Source: Camelus dromedarius
Lineage: Eukaryota
Assembly (NCBI RefSeq): GCF_036321535.1
Contig: NC_087447.1
Span: 43,402,001-43,466,000 of the forward strand
Direction of reading: 5' to 3'
Length of the DNA: 64,000 bases
Part shown: piece by piece, positions 12,625 to 26,766 of the stretch
How positions within the stretch are numbered: position 1 is the first letter of the stretch
Layout: each line of letters opens with the position of its first letter
Position numbers and translations under genes: made by a program
The notes under the pieces: model-generated
What the model saw: only the letters and a program-made list of their open reading frames with translations
Databases searched by the model: none
Told to the model about the DNA's origin: nothing

Positions 12625-13790
12625 TTTACTTCTTCATTCAACTAATGTTTACTGAGGGGGTCACTCCATGCCAGACTCTAAAACAGGGAGACAAAACAGA
12701 CATTGTTCCTGCCTGCATGGGGCTTGTGGTAAATAGCAAAAGACATAAATCAAATAATACACAAATCAGCGTATCATTGCAAGTCACCATACACATTTGA
12801 AGGAATGTATAATACAAATGAATTATACGTATATACTGTATAGACATGTTATGTATGTATACATGAACTTGACCTAGGCTGGAGAAGAAAGACTGTCCCC
12901 AGAAAGTGATATTACATTCAAATCTGAAGTTTAAGTAGGAATTAACCAGGGAGTGTGTGGAGGGTAGGTGTGGGAGAGAGTGTCATGGGCAGAAATGACA
13001 GAGGCTCTGTGGCAGCAAGAAGCAAATCCAGGCAAAGAACCCAGAGAAATTCACTGTGTGATATATGACTGGAAAGATAGCAGGGGCCAGGCATGTAGGA
13101 ATTAGTGCTGTATTAAGAAAACTAGTGAAAGTCTCTATTGCTATATTTTATTTTTAGTTTTTGTTTGTTTTGAAATTTTTTTGGCTGTTTTTCTGGTGTG
13201 AGAAATATTTCACATCTGGAGTAGAAGGAACAATGTGAAGAATATTCATGTAACCAGTACCAAACTAACACATTATAATTGAATAATGTTTTTAAATAAA
13301 ATGAACTCAATTATCATTTTTTATAGCTATTGAATTTTACTTATTTTTTAATTAAAAAAATTTTAGGGGGGGCTGAAGGTAATTAAGTTTATTTATTTTT
13401 TTAATGGAGACCTCAGGCATGCTAAATATATGCTTTACCACTGAGCTATACCCTCCCCCTCTTCAGTTATCATTGAAATCTCTTGTATACTCCACTGAAA
13501 ATTTTTAAGCCAAGGACAGACATGAACAGATTTGCATTTTGAAAAGAATCTTTGAGAAGTTGTGGAGTAGAGAATGAATTAGAAGGAACAGTGTGGATAC
13601 AGAGATTCTGGTTGGCTGGCTACTCAGGCTGTCTAAGTGAGGGGGTGGTGGGCTGGACTGGGGTGATGGCAGAAGGGACAAGGAGAATAGAGAGATTGGG
13701 GAGATATTAGGATGCAAACGGTGTGACTGTGAGTGATGGGTTAGTAAAGGGAAGTAAAAGGGTGGAAGGGAAGGTGAAGATAACTTCTGA
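12625..13790 (-). mobile_element. L2 LINE fragments (interrupted)
   Basis: ttcattcaactaatgtttactgag...cctgcatggggcttgtgg; a further L2-like purine-rich segment at 13510-13790. Confidence 0.6.
13320..13460 (-). mobile_element. Vic-1-type SINE with internal deletion of the B-box region
   Basis: Same head and tail as the other copies. TSD-like tca(a/g)ttatcatt at 13307-13318 and 13463-13474. Confidence 0.8.
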
Positions 13791-14045
13791 AATACTCTTC
13801 CATGAAATGAAGTAATCTTTCTAGGGGGAAAATGATCTATCCTTAACGATTGTCTCCAGAATTAAGGAAAAAGTACAATCAAATTAGAATGGAAACATAA
13901 TAAGCTGATTGTTGAAGGCAGTAGAGTTAGATTACACACATTTAAATTTTTTCTAGATAATGTTAAAGTGTATTCCAAAGCGGTTGTACCAATTTACATT
14001 CCACTGTAACTTAATGGGTTAAGTTTAAGTTTGTTAAGTCTTTGA

Positions 14046-14215
14046 GGGGAAGGGTATAGCTCAAGTGGTAGAGCATATGCTTAGCACGCACAAGGTCCTA
14101 TGTTCAATCCCCATACCTCCTCCAAAAAAATAAGTAAATAAATTAAATCCCCAATACCTCCTCCTCCTCAAAAAAAGTAAACCTAATTACCTCCCCCCTA
14201 AAAATAAAAAAATAA
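14046..14215 (+). mobile_element. Vic-1-type SINE with an internal tandem duplication
   Basis: GGGGAAGGGTATAGCTCAAGTGGTAGAGC...GTTCAATCCCC followed by an A-rich tail. TSD a(a/g)gtttgttaagt(c/t)tttga on both sides. Confidence 0.9.
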
Positions 14216-14439
14216 AGGTTTGTTAAGTTTTTGAATGAGTTAAATTCTTAAAATTTTTAACTTATATTTGGATTGATGTGTATAAGGAACCAATATCTCC
14301 ATGTACCATATCCTTCTCCTTCAATGAGATCTGGATTTGGGCCTCTGTTACATTCATCATGCTTATCATTCAATGGAATTTTTAACTGGAAGAATTTGTT
14401 CCTTCAGCTGTGTGACATTTTCTTAAGGTTACAGGCTAA

Positions 14440-14863
14440 ACCTTACGGACTGTGTCAACCAGGCTCCCTTGACCTCTGTATTCCAATTGGGTTCAGCCAG
14501 TAGGAGACGTGGCAGGCAGTTGGGGGGTGTGGAAGGAAAGAGGAGCCAGGATATTTATTCCTCTGGTTCCCTCCCTTCAGGATTACACATTTTGCAGTGG
14601 TTGTGTTCTTCTTCCAAAACCAGAGCTCCTGATGGGGGTCCCTTTCCAAAAAGCTACTGATTTTTCTGGATTCTGGTTCCCTGCCCCCACCCCCATGTCT
14701 CTCAGGCATAGGGGTGGGAGTGGCTTCCCAGCGATATTAGCCCCGTGTGCTCCCCCATCTCTTGCTGCTTTCCCTTAATGCTGCTCGCACCACTGTTGTA
14801 AAAGCTTCCTTCATGAAGCTGTCTTCAGCCACTATCTTGTGTGTCCTTCCTGATTGTTACACA
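14440..14863 (+). mobile_element. ERVL LTR (LTR33-like)
   Basis: ggctcccttgacctctg...gggttcagccagtaggagac...tatttattcc...gtggcttccc matches recalled LTR33. Confidence 0.7.
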
Positions 14864-14989
14864 AGAAACTGAAACTGCGAAACAGGATACACGTAGGTAT
14901 AACTATACAAAAGGCTTCCCAAAGTTCGGGAAATGTTCGGTCTTACTAACCACATCGTTTCACACAGTAAAAAATAAATAAATAAATAA

Positions 14990-16050
14990 ATACACAAACA
15001 TTTTTTACCTATCAAATGGAGTCGTAATTAAGGCAAATGACAATTCTGGAGACCTGCGAATTACTCCTAGACTTTATATGGTTCAAAATATAAATTGTTA
15101 TACAGTTTTTGGAAAACGATGTCAGGATGTATGAAAGAGCCTTACAGAATAGCTGTACTTTTTGACCTAGGAATTTTATTTTTAGGAACCCAAACTAAGG
15201 ATAATGATCAGAAATATAGACGAGGATCTAAAACAACATCCTAAAGTGTTACCAATTACAGTGGAAAAGATGGAAACGAATCAAGTGAACTACAATAATT
15301 GGCTATATGAAAATAATAAAACTTCATAATGAATAGATTATACAGTCATATAGAATTTTTTCATGATTTCGTGAATGCTCACAGGATAATGTAAAGTAAC
15401 ATAGCAGGATGTAAAAAAGTAAATAAACTTATATGTCACCCAGTCTCTCCTTAGAGGTGCCAGTCACTTCCTCTGGTTAAATTAGGCCCTCCCCTCAGGA
15501 CTGTACCACTGCTATCTCTTCCTGAATTTCTCAATAAACTCAAAAGTAGAGAACTATATTAAATAAAACAAATGAATAAATTTGTGCTGCACTAAGCTTG
15601 GAGCACATCACAAAGCCTTGGACTTAGACAAACCTGCTCCACTGCACGTCAGTATCTGCAGATGCCAGAGAGAATGGTTGGTTATGTTTTCAAGATTCTT
15701 ATTTTTTGTGAGTCACTCACTCAAAAGTGAATTTCATGTGACCCACACAGTTCATATTTTAAATTAGACCACTCCAAACATGCTCTCTTCATTTGATGAG
15801 ACTCCTTTTAGCTGATTTTATCTAATGTTGTACCAGAAACATAAATTTAATTTTATTTATATGTATTATAAATTTATTTATATACACACTGTAGAAAAAA
15901 TAGAAAGAATGATTCAACATTGTTTACAATGGATTCTCCTGGACTGATGATATTATAGATCATTTATACCATTTAAAATATTTTCTGATTATCTTCAAGT
16001 ATTTTCTAATGAGCATGATTAACTATTCCAGTATGAAATAAAACTGTGAG
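14990..16050 (+). mobile_element. Old L1 (L1ME-like) 3' fragments
   Basis: tttacctatcaaat...tttgacctaggaattttatttttaggaa; degenerate and discontinuous. Confidence 0.5.
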
Positions 16051-16399
16051 AAATACAGAGAAGAAAAGAATTCAGAACAGGGGCATTTCCTTAGCCTCAG
16101 TCACCACACAAATCTTTTTCTGTCACCTTTAGTCCCACTCAGAGTCACTTCTCCTCTTTACTCTCTGTCTTCGTTTTCCCCTCTGTCTCTTCTATTCCTT
16201 TTTCTTTATTTGTTTGATTTTTTTCTGTTCTGTTTTCACTTGCTCCCTATCTTTTCTTTTTATACCATTTCCCCCTCTTCATTTCATTTTCTGACTGTGA
16301 AGAGCCCCAGGGGCTGAGAAAAAAAGAAGCCCATGCACTAAATTGCTTGATCCCTTGTTCAGTAATCTGCAAGAATGCAGAGGCCAGTGGCCACACTTA

Positions 16400-16610
16400 C
16401 GTGAAGAGTGGGCATTTATTGGGTGCTTACCATGTGCCCGGCACTGCCGGAAGTACTTTACACATATTATCTCACTTAATCCTCAGTACACCTACACAGT
16501 CGGTACTGTCACTGATCCAGTTTTATAAAGCTGAAAAGGAGAGTTGACATGAGTGGCGGACCCAAGATTCGAACCTAGGCTGCCTGACTCTAAAACCTTT
16601 AATGACCATG
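16400..16610 (-). mobile_element. MIR SINE
   Basis: catttattgggtgcttaccatgtgcccggcactg...cacatattatctcacttaatcctca...gattcgaacctaggctgcctgactc. Confidence 0.8.
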
Positions 16611-19600
16611 TGATCCTGACCCTCATTCTTGCCAGGCAGCTGCAGACTACAGGCTGCAGGCTGCATTCCTCACAGAGTGCTTTGAACTTCTTAGTCAAGG
16701 GGAGGATTTGTTGTGTTAAGGGAATAATCCTACATTCTTATCCTGCTAGTTACACTTAAAAGAGGAGGCACCTCAAAATTTAAAGGCATCTGGAGACTCC
16801 AATAATGTATTTACTAAACATAAACCCTAAAAATGCTTTCTGAGGTTATTTAAAACGCTTACTTTCAATTAATCAGCATTGTATAAACATTATTTAACCA
16901 TTAAAATCAGTCAACCTCAAGGTTCCCTGATGTCTTCAGTGGCCCCTTACATTTTCTTTAATTAGTGCCTCCTCCCATCTGCTTCTAATGAATGCTGTCC
17001 CATTCCTAGAGGATGTTTATGGAACCACATCTTTCTCCCAAAATGTACGTGGCTCCTCCACTACATCCAGGTAGACTGACAGCTCCCTTCTTCTGCTCCT
17101 ACTCCGCCCATATGATCTTCTATCATAGCACACAGGACATAGTCTCCCCCCTCACCCCCTAACTCTTTTCACTTACTAGGCTGTGAGACTCTTGCAGTTA
17201 GGGGTCATGTCTAATTCAGCATATCCACGCAGCACCCAGCCTGAGGAAATGCAAAAGAGAGTGCCTGTGAAGGTAGCTGTGTCATCCAAAAGGGAACCAT
17301 GTCACAATCTTGTGAATTCAACATCATCCATGCATAGACACTCTCTCTTTGTCCCAGAGTTGATTTGATTCAGGGATTCTAAGTCACCCTAACAAAGCTC
17401 ACGAGAGACTTATGGATACAGTCAGATGTTACTTTTCTCAATTATAATAAGAAAAATTAGAAGTCTAAGTTTGAGTGACCTGGAAACCCTCCCTTCCCTT
17501 TTCAGTGAGTGAGCCTGGAATCAGAGTAGGGATGTTCCAACTTGATAGAGCAATAAATGGTGTCTGGTGTCCTGGTGCATCCATTCTCCAAGTCAGGAGG
17601 ACCAGATATTTGGGTTGGACCCACAGGGTCCCTCTCCCATAGACTGGTTTCAGACGGCATTGCTGTATGTTGTTTTGCCAACTGTCTTGCTTCTTTTGCT
17701 GACACATTCTCTTTTTAAATTGTTCTGAAGTATGAAGAAACTTGTACACTATCCAATAAAAACCAGGACCATAGTATAGGAGTGGAGGATGAAGGGGGCA
17801 TAAAGGAAAATGAGAGAAGCTGAGCATCCAGAGATGATTAAGATGCATTCCCTGTCCTCAAGGAGCTTACAGTCCAGTGGGAACAACAGGCACATCACAG
17901 GCGGTGGAAGGGAGCCTGCGGAGGAGAGAGTGGGCAGTTTTCGTTGGGTCTGGCCTACTTTTTTTGTTTTTGCATTATTTCTACTGGGCTTATAGTTTTA
18001 GGCTATCACTGCCTTTATAACTAAGAAAGGTACCCCAATAAAATCATCTATGGAAAGCAGAAATAACAGGCAACTGACAGAATTTACAAAGGCTGGAATG
18101 CCTAGACTGTGCTGTGACCACAATGCTCATGTTTTTCAAGGGGGTACAAGTGCTCTAACTTTCCTAATAACATCCTCGTAATTTTCTCAAAAGCAGGATT
18201 AGTATTAAATCCCAGGGGGAATGTTGCAAGAACCCATTTTCTCAAGTTATTTAAAATTCAGACTTGACAAACTACCCCCATTTATACTGTAGTAGGAACC
18301 TGGTGATAAGACATTCAAGACTGAAAGGACATTGCAAGTAAGTGGCTTCTAGCTGCAAAGGCTCTGATATTTTTTGAGAAGTTATTTAAAGTGATAACTC
18401 ACAGGCATTATATTTGGCTTAAGGAAGTTTAAAAAGTTAGACTTGAATTCATCAAAAGGCGGGTGTCATATATCTGACAGTTTCGTTCAACTTGAATTTT
18501 AAATAAGCATTTTTAAATCAATGTTTTAATTGTAATATGCTTTAATTCTGCAAAGTTTTTTTAAGATACCAGAACTTGGAATATTATTTTTTAAATGCTT
18601 TAAAGGCTCTTAATTAAAATGTTTCTTCTTAGTTATATTTTTTGCAGGGTCTTGCAAATTATTTGTTGCTCCTTAATAATTGAACAAAGGTTTGGAAGGT
18701 TTTAGAGGCTGTGCCCTTCTTTTCATTTATTCTTATTCCCGAATTTTAACAATTATTAGGTCCTCATATATCGCATCTCAAAAAATTGGTTCTCACTACA
18801 AAACTGAGAGGTTCAAATAGGATTTAAATTGTCAAAAAAATTGGGTCCACTCTAATGCTTTCTGAATCATGCCAGTAGTCTGAGCCTGTAGCTTAAGAAA
18901 ACAGAGAACATGGGAGTAAAAGGAATTGTAGGGCTCAGACACTGAGTTTGACACGAATGATTTACCAGTATGACCCACGGGAGGAGGGCCACCTCTTGTC
19001 TTAAGGCACCTCAAGTGTGTGTTCTTTGGAAGACAAAATGTAAAGCCTTCATGAAGCCTAAAGTTGTGATTTGTTAAATTTCTCATTATATTTTTGAACC
19101 TGAGAACACTTAGGACAAAAGCAAGCTAGGCTCCCCTCGCGCATGGTGAATGGAGTGTGAAAAGCATTTCTGTGCTGGGGTAGCTCCTGAGAACAGTCTG
19201 CCATCCAGGCCGGCTTGCCCTGGCTCTCCTGCTAATCCCAGCTTCAGACTTTCCCATGGTGCGAACAGAGGGGAAGCAGTTCAGTCTCGGTGGGCACAGG
19301 AACAGTAGGTCACAGCCCACTGCAGTGCTCCTGAGAAGCCGTCTGGTGACTGAACCCAGTCTCATCACTAAGACACCCATTATAAAATAGAGGGCTTTTG
19401 TGCTATATCCAGCCCCTGCTTCAATAATATGTCAGCCGGGTTACTATGTTTCTCATTTCTTTTTTCTTAAAAGGAAAAAAAAACATTAAATGAAAAAAGT
19501 TACAGAACCTCTCAGGAGGGCCTGAGCTCTTGCAGCAGCGCCCGCACCTCTGTAAGAACGTCAGATGACCGATGGGCCGTATCAGGAGACTTCCGATCTC

Positions 19601-19614
19601 TTCCCCACATGTGA

Positions 19615-19790
19615 ATCTGACCTCCACCTTGGCCTGCTGTGTGAGCTAGGATGTGTCACTTAACTTCTCTAAGCTCTCCTTAACTTATTTGTTTTATGGT
19701 TAATCATAGCAGCATCTGTTACTGTGATGGTGAAGTGAGATACACCCATGTATGCAGTGCCTGAAAGCGGACAGAGCCCAATGCACGTTA
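19615..19790 (+). mobile_element. MIR SINE
   Basis: gctgtgtgagctaggatgtgtcacttaacttctctaagc. Confidence 0.6.
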
Positions 19791-20639
19791 AAAACAGAGA
19801 TTAAGACCTGTGATAGTGGCCCAGCTCTTTTGGGCTGAGATCCCAGGATATTCTGAGCAGACTTCTTGGTGTATTCTTTATGTTAGTTAAGTCCAATCAA
19901 AGATGAGGAAACTAAATATGTCAGTGGCAAGTCCAGACAAGAAGGGTAGAGATGTGTGAGTTCCTAGCCACCAGCTGAATTCTGACAACCAGACAAGTGA
20001 GAACAAGAGGACTCAGCTTCCGTTTTCTTTTTTTTTCCTTGAGACCTGGAAGTCAGGCAAGACCTCTCTGAAAAAGTGGCTTTTAAGTCCCTATGCAGAA
20101 CAAGAGGACTGCTAGGCAGAGGAAAATGTGAGGTGATACGTAGCTAGTTGGTGGGTAAAATGGTTCTCCTGATTCCCATTTTGATGCTTCCTTTATTGCA
20201 TCAAATTGGCCCTATTAGTGTCTTCTTGGAATCTCCAGGAAATATTTTGGATAGATCACTGATACAACTGACTATGAAAAGCATCACACGGAACCACATT
20301 CACCCATTTGAAAAAGCATTGAACCACTGGTATGTTCAAGGATCTAAATGTTCTATGTTCATTGGGTGTCTAAAGAGCCAGCATCTTTCCACTAAAGCCG
20401 TTATCCTTTTGGCCAACAGTTTCCCAGTCAGTTCTGAAATTCCAGCATCATCCTTTATTCCTTCATCATCTCATTCTTCTCTCTTTCCACTAGCCTTAGT
20501 CAGTAACTGCACAACTAGATTGTGGTTAACATCCTTTTAACTTGGGTCCTGGCCTCTAAGCTTGGCACTGGGTATTAGGAAGGTAATTTGGACTTAAAAA
20601 TATGGAGTAGAATTTTGGCTGAGGGTTTAAGACTATATC

Positions 20640-21650
20640 TGGAATAGGAATGATTTTTAAATGCTTTTGTTTGTTTATTTCTAAATAAAGAAATCAGTAA
20701 AAAGCACCTGGGTTCTATCACTTAGAAATAACCAATACCTACCACACTCAGCAGTCTGTGTGTATATTTACATATATTTCACATATAAAATTAAAAAAAA
20801 TAAAAGGATGTTATAATAATTTGAAGCCCTTTATATATACATCATGAGCAGTTTCATGAAAATAAAATATATTTACATTATTTTCATCAATGCGTTATTA
20901 TGTATATTATATATTATGGTATCACTATTCCTTAAGTTATTTAATTAATCCTCCATTGATATATCTTTGTATTGCTATTGAGTTTTTACCATTATAAACA
21001 TTATTATAGATAATTGCATAATGCATAAATCTTTTTGCATTTCTTGGAGCATTTTCATCACATAAATTCTTGTAAAGGAAATTATTGGGTCAAAAAGTTG
21101 TTTTAATTCTAAGGCTTTTGGTGAATATTATCAAATTGCCCTCTGGAAATTTTATACCAATTTAAACTCCCAAAAGCAGCCTGTGAGTTTGCTTCTTTTC
21201 TTACACTATCACTTGGTTATTAATATTCTTTAATATCTTTCCCAGGCTTACAGGTGAAAAATGATCTCTTTATTGTGTTAATTTGTATTTCTTTGATTGC
21301 TAATGAGATTGAACATCTTTTGTGTATTTTAGGTTATTTACATTTTTTATTTTGTGAGTTGTCTTTTATATCTCATATGTCCTCTTTTATTGATTTATCT
21401 TATTTGTCTATGTTAATTCTGTCATATATACATTCTGACTATTTTCTTATTTGATATTTGTCTGTGTTTACTAGTTATTATAATAGAAATTTAAAATTAA
21501 AATTTTTTATTTCATCAAAACTGTCATACTTTTTATTCACAATTTCTGATCTTAGTTCTTTTCTTAGAAAAGCTTTTCCTATTCCCAGGCATAGAAAAAT
21601 ATTTCTATTTCCTATGCATAGGTAAATAATGGATACATCTTGTCTTCGCT
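20640..21650 (-). mobile_element. Old L1 (L1ME-like) antisense fragment
   Basis: ggaattattgggtcaaa...caaattgccctctggaaattttataccaattt...ttaatttgtatttctttgattgctaatgag. Confidence 0.7.
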
Positions 21651-22899
21651 TTGAAATGTGAGGATAATAAGGGGAGGTCAAAAGAGAATATAATGTTTTT
21701 GAACCTCAAGTGACTGAGGGAAAGTACCTTGTACAAAACTGTGAGAAGCAGAAATTGGTTGTGGAGTAGATGAGGAATTTGATCATGAAGAGTTTGAACT
21801 TGTGGTCCCAACAGGACATCTATGTGATGATAACGACGATGATGATAATATATGTGTTTGTGTATGTGTCTGTGTGTGAGAGAGAGACAGAGACAGCAAG
21901 CATGAAAGAATAGATTAAACCCAGACTGAGTTAACTTTTATTAAGCATCTACTGTATTTAATAGGCAACACTGAATTTTCCTGGATGATTCATCAGAACT
22001 TGAAAGATTTTACTCTCTTCTTTAAAGAAATAAAGCAATAGCCTGCACCTCCGTGGAGTCTGAGAAATGACTCAGCAGCTTCTCCCTGGACCCCTCCCCT
22101 GCCCTGTTTCGTCCCCTCCTGCCCAGATCGCACATGTCAGGTCTCTGATCACCCTCCTTCTACTTCCCACCTAAGGAGCACCACCTGCAGCAGGCAGAGA
22201 GCCCTGGAGGGGGAAGAAGTCTGGGGAAGAGGCTTCCACAGGACCTACACTCTCGTGCTATATCCTCTCCGCTTCTTCCAGGCTTTGTGCAAGTCCAAAC
22301 ACTGGCCAAGGAAAAGGAGCAGGAGAGAGTCAGATGCCCCCGACCACAGCCCCACCACATACCCTGGCCTCCATCCCACAGCTCACTCCTAATTGCTCTT
22401 TCATAGGCTGGGGTGAGGCCAGCAGAAGTTCAGAGCCGTCACGGTCTTGGGGATGTGAATGCTGCCTTCCATGACTGTAGCTGTAAGGAGTAGAGGAGTT
22501 CCTTGTGAACCAATTTAGAACATCAGAGCTTTGTTCTACGGGAATAAGTGAGCTGTAGTGGTTCAGGGTCAAAGTTGTGTCAGCGGAGACATGATGAGTT
22601 AAGAAGACTTTCATGGTCTGAGTTGAGCAGATCACGTGCAACTGTGTTTCTGGGAGACAGGGTGTCCACGTTCCAGATCACTGACTTGAAAACAGCCTTT
22701 GGGACCAGAGTGCCTGGGAATTGGAAACGGGCCGTACTAAGTTTTCCAATCAGGCAGATGAAATGAAGAAAAGCCATTATTGGAGACATTTGCGAGCTTC
22801 CATAGTTTGTAAAAACAGTTTTTAGGCAATAATTTTCCAAATACTTGCTTCAAATCAAAGATTCTGTAAATTGAACTCGTTGGAAGTGGTAGAGTCTTA

Positions 22900-23100
22900 T
22901 TAAAAATAAGAGCTTTATACTTTTAAATGTTTAAAATGCACTTGCGTATACCCTTATAGTTACCCTGCAAGATGTTATTTTCATTTTCTAGATGAAAAAG
23001 TGAAGGCTCATACAGATCAAGCCATTTGACTGATAGGGTGGTTCAGAGCAGACCTAGGACTCAAGACCTCGAGTGTCCTGGCTGGTCTCCTTGCTACACC
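22900..23100 (-). mobile_element. MIR SINE
   Basis: cattttctagatgaaaaagtgaaggctca. Confidence 0.55.
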
Positions 23101-25954
23101 GCCAGCCCTGCTACAGGCTTCGAAGGCCTGTTTTTGAGGTCATGCTTTTTTTTTTTTTTAATTGTAAGCAAAATCTTCACCTTCACCTCCCAGATCATAC
23201 TTTTTTTTTTCTTTCTAGGCCCAGCATAATTTATTTTGATCGCTTGGCATGCAGGCATTTATTCCATGGTTCCAAAATGTGGATTTATAAACGTTATCAG
23301 AAGCCAGCTGCAGGTTTAGTAAACCTGCAATTTACACACGCACTTCACACACGCACTTCTTTTGATAAATTAACAATTAATGTACAGAGAAATGTGAATA
23401 GGCTGAGAGAGAAACCTTAGAAGTCTTTTAACACCTAATTAATTTATTAAATGTAATGAATTAAAATAGAGCAGAGAACTCAGATTAAAGCTGATAGAGT
23501 TGTTATTTTGCACCTGTGGACACCACAGGACCTGTATGTGATTTGTGCTAAATATAAGAAGGAAAGACACCCCAATATTTGTGAAAGATATTTCAACATT
23601 TCTTTGTAAAAATGATCCCCCAATATAAATAACATTAATTAGAATTTCCTTTCAATTTGCTACTCTTTTATAATTAACATTAATTTAAGCTCTGCATCTG
23701 AAAGATTTCCAAGAAAAGCTACTTGCTAGTTTTCCTAAAGCAAATGAGGAGATAAGGAAGCATACTATTGCTGATGTTAGCTTTCACATGAAACGGGATG
23801 GTAGGGATAAGGAAGAGTTAAAAATGGTTCTTTCTCAGAGGAAAGGCAATGGAAGTGGAATAAAAACCTTCTGTGAGAAACCCAGAGATGGCAGGAGCTC
23901 TCCCTACTCTTGCTCAAGTATGAGAAGCATGCAGACGCCATAGAAACCCCAGATGAAGGTGAGCCAGGGGTGGGCTGGAGAGTGTTTGCACCTGGCTGGC
24001 TCCCCGTCCTATCCTGCATCCTTGGACCACGTCTGGTGTGGTTGGCAAATGAGATTGCCTGTAAGGAGGGGCAGAAGCTGCAGGGTGGTAGGTGTCCCAG
24101 TGCCAGAGTGGTCAACACACCAAACCCAAGAAAGTAAGCTTGTAGGAATAAAACACTTTCTTTCAGACTACAGAATAAAACCTTCTGGAAACTGTCTGTT
24201 AGGACAGTCAAGCTGTTGCCATGGCATTGAGATAATTATTTGATTTTCTAAAATAGCTGATCTTTCCCCTCTTCAATCTGCCCTACCTTACCAAAAATGG
24301 AAGTTCTAGTTATTTGCTAAACGTTTGTAATTTTACAGGAAAAAAAGAAAAAAAAAGAAGAGCTTGGAAGCATAGGCTAAATCTGTCACCTTCCCAGGAG
24401 CCTGAACTTTCCAAGTTCTGACATCAGTGACTCCCTATCTCTCTGGTGGGTGCACCACTTAATGGCAGGCGGCAGCCACTCTGAATTAAGCATTGAATTA
24501 ACATTTTGCGATTCCACCCTGTTCTCCAAAGAATGCTAGAATTATACATCCAGACGGAGTTGAAAATCTGGGTGCATGTTTGAGATTTAAAAATTCTGAG
24601 GTTTCTGAAATATTTACACACATCAAATAATACAAAAGGAAATGAATATAGTAATTGCCCTCTTGGTTTCCTTTCCCATGATCAACATAATAAAAAAAAT
24701 TCTTTTGGCTTCTTTCTAAGCATGGCAAATCAATAGAATATTAAATGAGAAGAAATAAGAAATTTAAATTTTAGCCCATTGAAGCAGTCAGCATTTTATG
24801 TGCAAATGAATATAAATTTATACATATATTTGTCATAAATTTCAGCTACATATTACATGTGTCAATGAAAATTGTCTGTGTAGTGAAGGCTGGCAAATAA
24901 CATTCATTTTTAGGATTACTATGAGGAAAATGGATTTACATTTTATTTATATGTGAGAGCAGTTTTATTTTCACTTTGAATGAAATGTTGGACTTTTAAA
25001 ATCTGATAAAGGAAAATTTTCATTATTTTGGTAACATTTACTTATTCAGAAGACAGTGTTTATTTTGGGCCAAAAAATTAGTATAGTTGTTATGAGTATT
25101 GATTGAAACAGCCTCACTTTATAAGTGAACAAAGATGCATAATCATGCTGGTTTCTCTTATGGCTTAAATGTTGTCATTTTAATACTATATGTGTGTACA
25201 TTGTGCAACAGATTTTTTAAAATGTAAATAATTGATTGAAGAATTTTCTTAAATAGCCCAAATCAGAGACATAAACTTATAAGACTAAGGAGCCCCAGTG
25301 GGAAAGGAGATAGAAAATATAAGCTCAAAATTGAGCTAATTCAGATCCTTTCCCCCTTTCTTTGCTTTTTAGGTCTTTGGGAAATTTAGAAAAATATGGA
25401 CTTACATCCTTCACAATCTGTGAATACAATATTCTCAATTTTCTACTTTGCTTTATAGGAAATCAAAGAAGCACACTGAACAAAGCAGACAAATTCAGCT
25501 GCTGGGGAGGCATTATGGAGAGGTCCTGTGACATATCTTCTTCAGTTTTCTCTAAAAAGAACTGAAGAACTGATGAAATGAAGTCTTAGACCGAACAGTC
25601 CTTTAAAAATATGATTATAATGCATTTGCTGAGAGGATTGTACTAAAACATGTGATATCTATTTACTGTTTTTATTTTCTCTTTCTAAATGAAACTGATA
25701 TGGAAATAGTTTGAAAAAATTGGAAGAAATGGGTATGGCCTTTTATTGAAAACATAATTTCTCATCTAAGTGTTGGTACCTGATCATTTTCTTTGTCTCA
25801 ATATAGTAATGGTCCCTTGCCTGACATGGAGCATCGGTAACTCTAGCTACTACCATCTTCCCAATACACCGACTTCCCACATGTATTTCTTTCACTGGCC
25901 AGGCTGTGTTGTTGCCTTCATATGTCTTCCTGCATTAAAGATGTTAGCCTCATA

Positions 25955-26103
25955 GGGGAGGATGTTAAAAAACAGTCTTCCTCTTGCTGTGGTAATCACT
26001 TTGTAGTGTACACAAAGATTGAATTGTTATGTTGTACACCTGAAACTAATATAATATTATATACCAATTTTACCTCAATTTTAAAAAAAGAAAAGAAAAA
26101 AAA
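25955..26103 (+). mobile_element. L1 3' end (L1MA/MB-like) with poly-A
   Basis: tgtggtaatcactttgtagtgtacac...ttatgttgtacacctgaaactaatataat followed by an A-tail. Confidence 0.8.
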
Positions 26104-26704
26104 TTTTCTTGTCATGACCTTAGTAGCTTCCTTCTTCTGTTATATCCCAACCACAGGGCCATTATTACTGGGCACCATGTCTACCCTTCCATTGGAATTA
26201 GAAATACATATAGAAGAGAACAAATCAATTCAGCAATTGGTTGTGATATGTTTGTTCTGTACCAGAAACTGTGATGGGTGCTGGCGTGCAGAATGAAGAG
26301 ATGACTTGGTAACTTTTCAGGAGGTCATGATCTGAGCCTCTGCCTCCCATTATTCTTCATCACTTTCCTGTCTGCTTTGCTTTCTCCTCTCTTGCTCATT
26401 ACCTATGCAAGCTCTCCTACCTCTTAGGCTTGCTTCATACCCTTCCTGACTCTTTTCCTTTATCCTGATAGTATCTTTTTTTTTAACCACAGCCAACACT
26501 CTATCTCCAAGTGTTTAGGAATACAGCTTACAACTCAACTCTCCAGAAAGCCTATTTGAGCTAAGTAAGAAGAATTACAAATATTTAATTATTTTTATTT
26601 TTCTAAATGACTAGATCACAAGCAACAATAAAACAAAGATTCCCATCATATTATGTGAGAAGTAGATTTGGGTGCAACAAGGATCCCTTAGTTTCTTGAT
26701 TAAC

Positions 26705-26728
26705 TTTTGGGGGGGAGGTAATTAGGTA

Positions 26729-26766
<38 letters not shown>

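Noticed and set aside
14046..14120. tRNA-like sequence with A and B boxes (also in the six other copies)
   Set aside because: These are SINE heads followed by SINE-specific tails and usually TSDs, and they diverge from each other. They are not tRNA genes.
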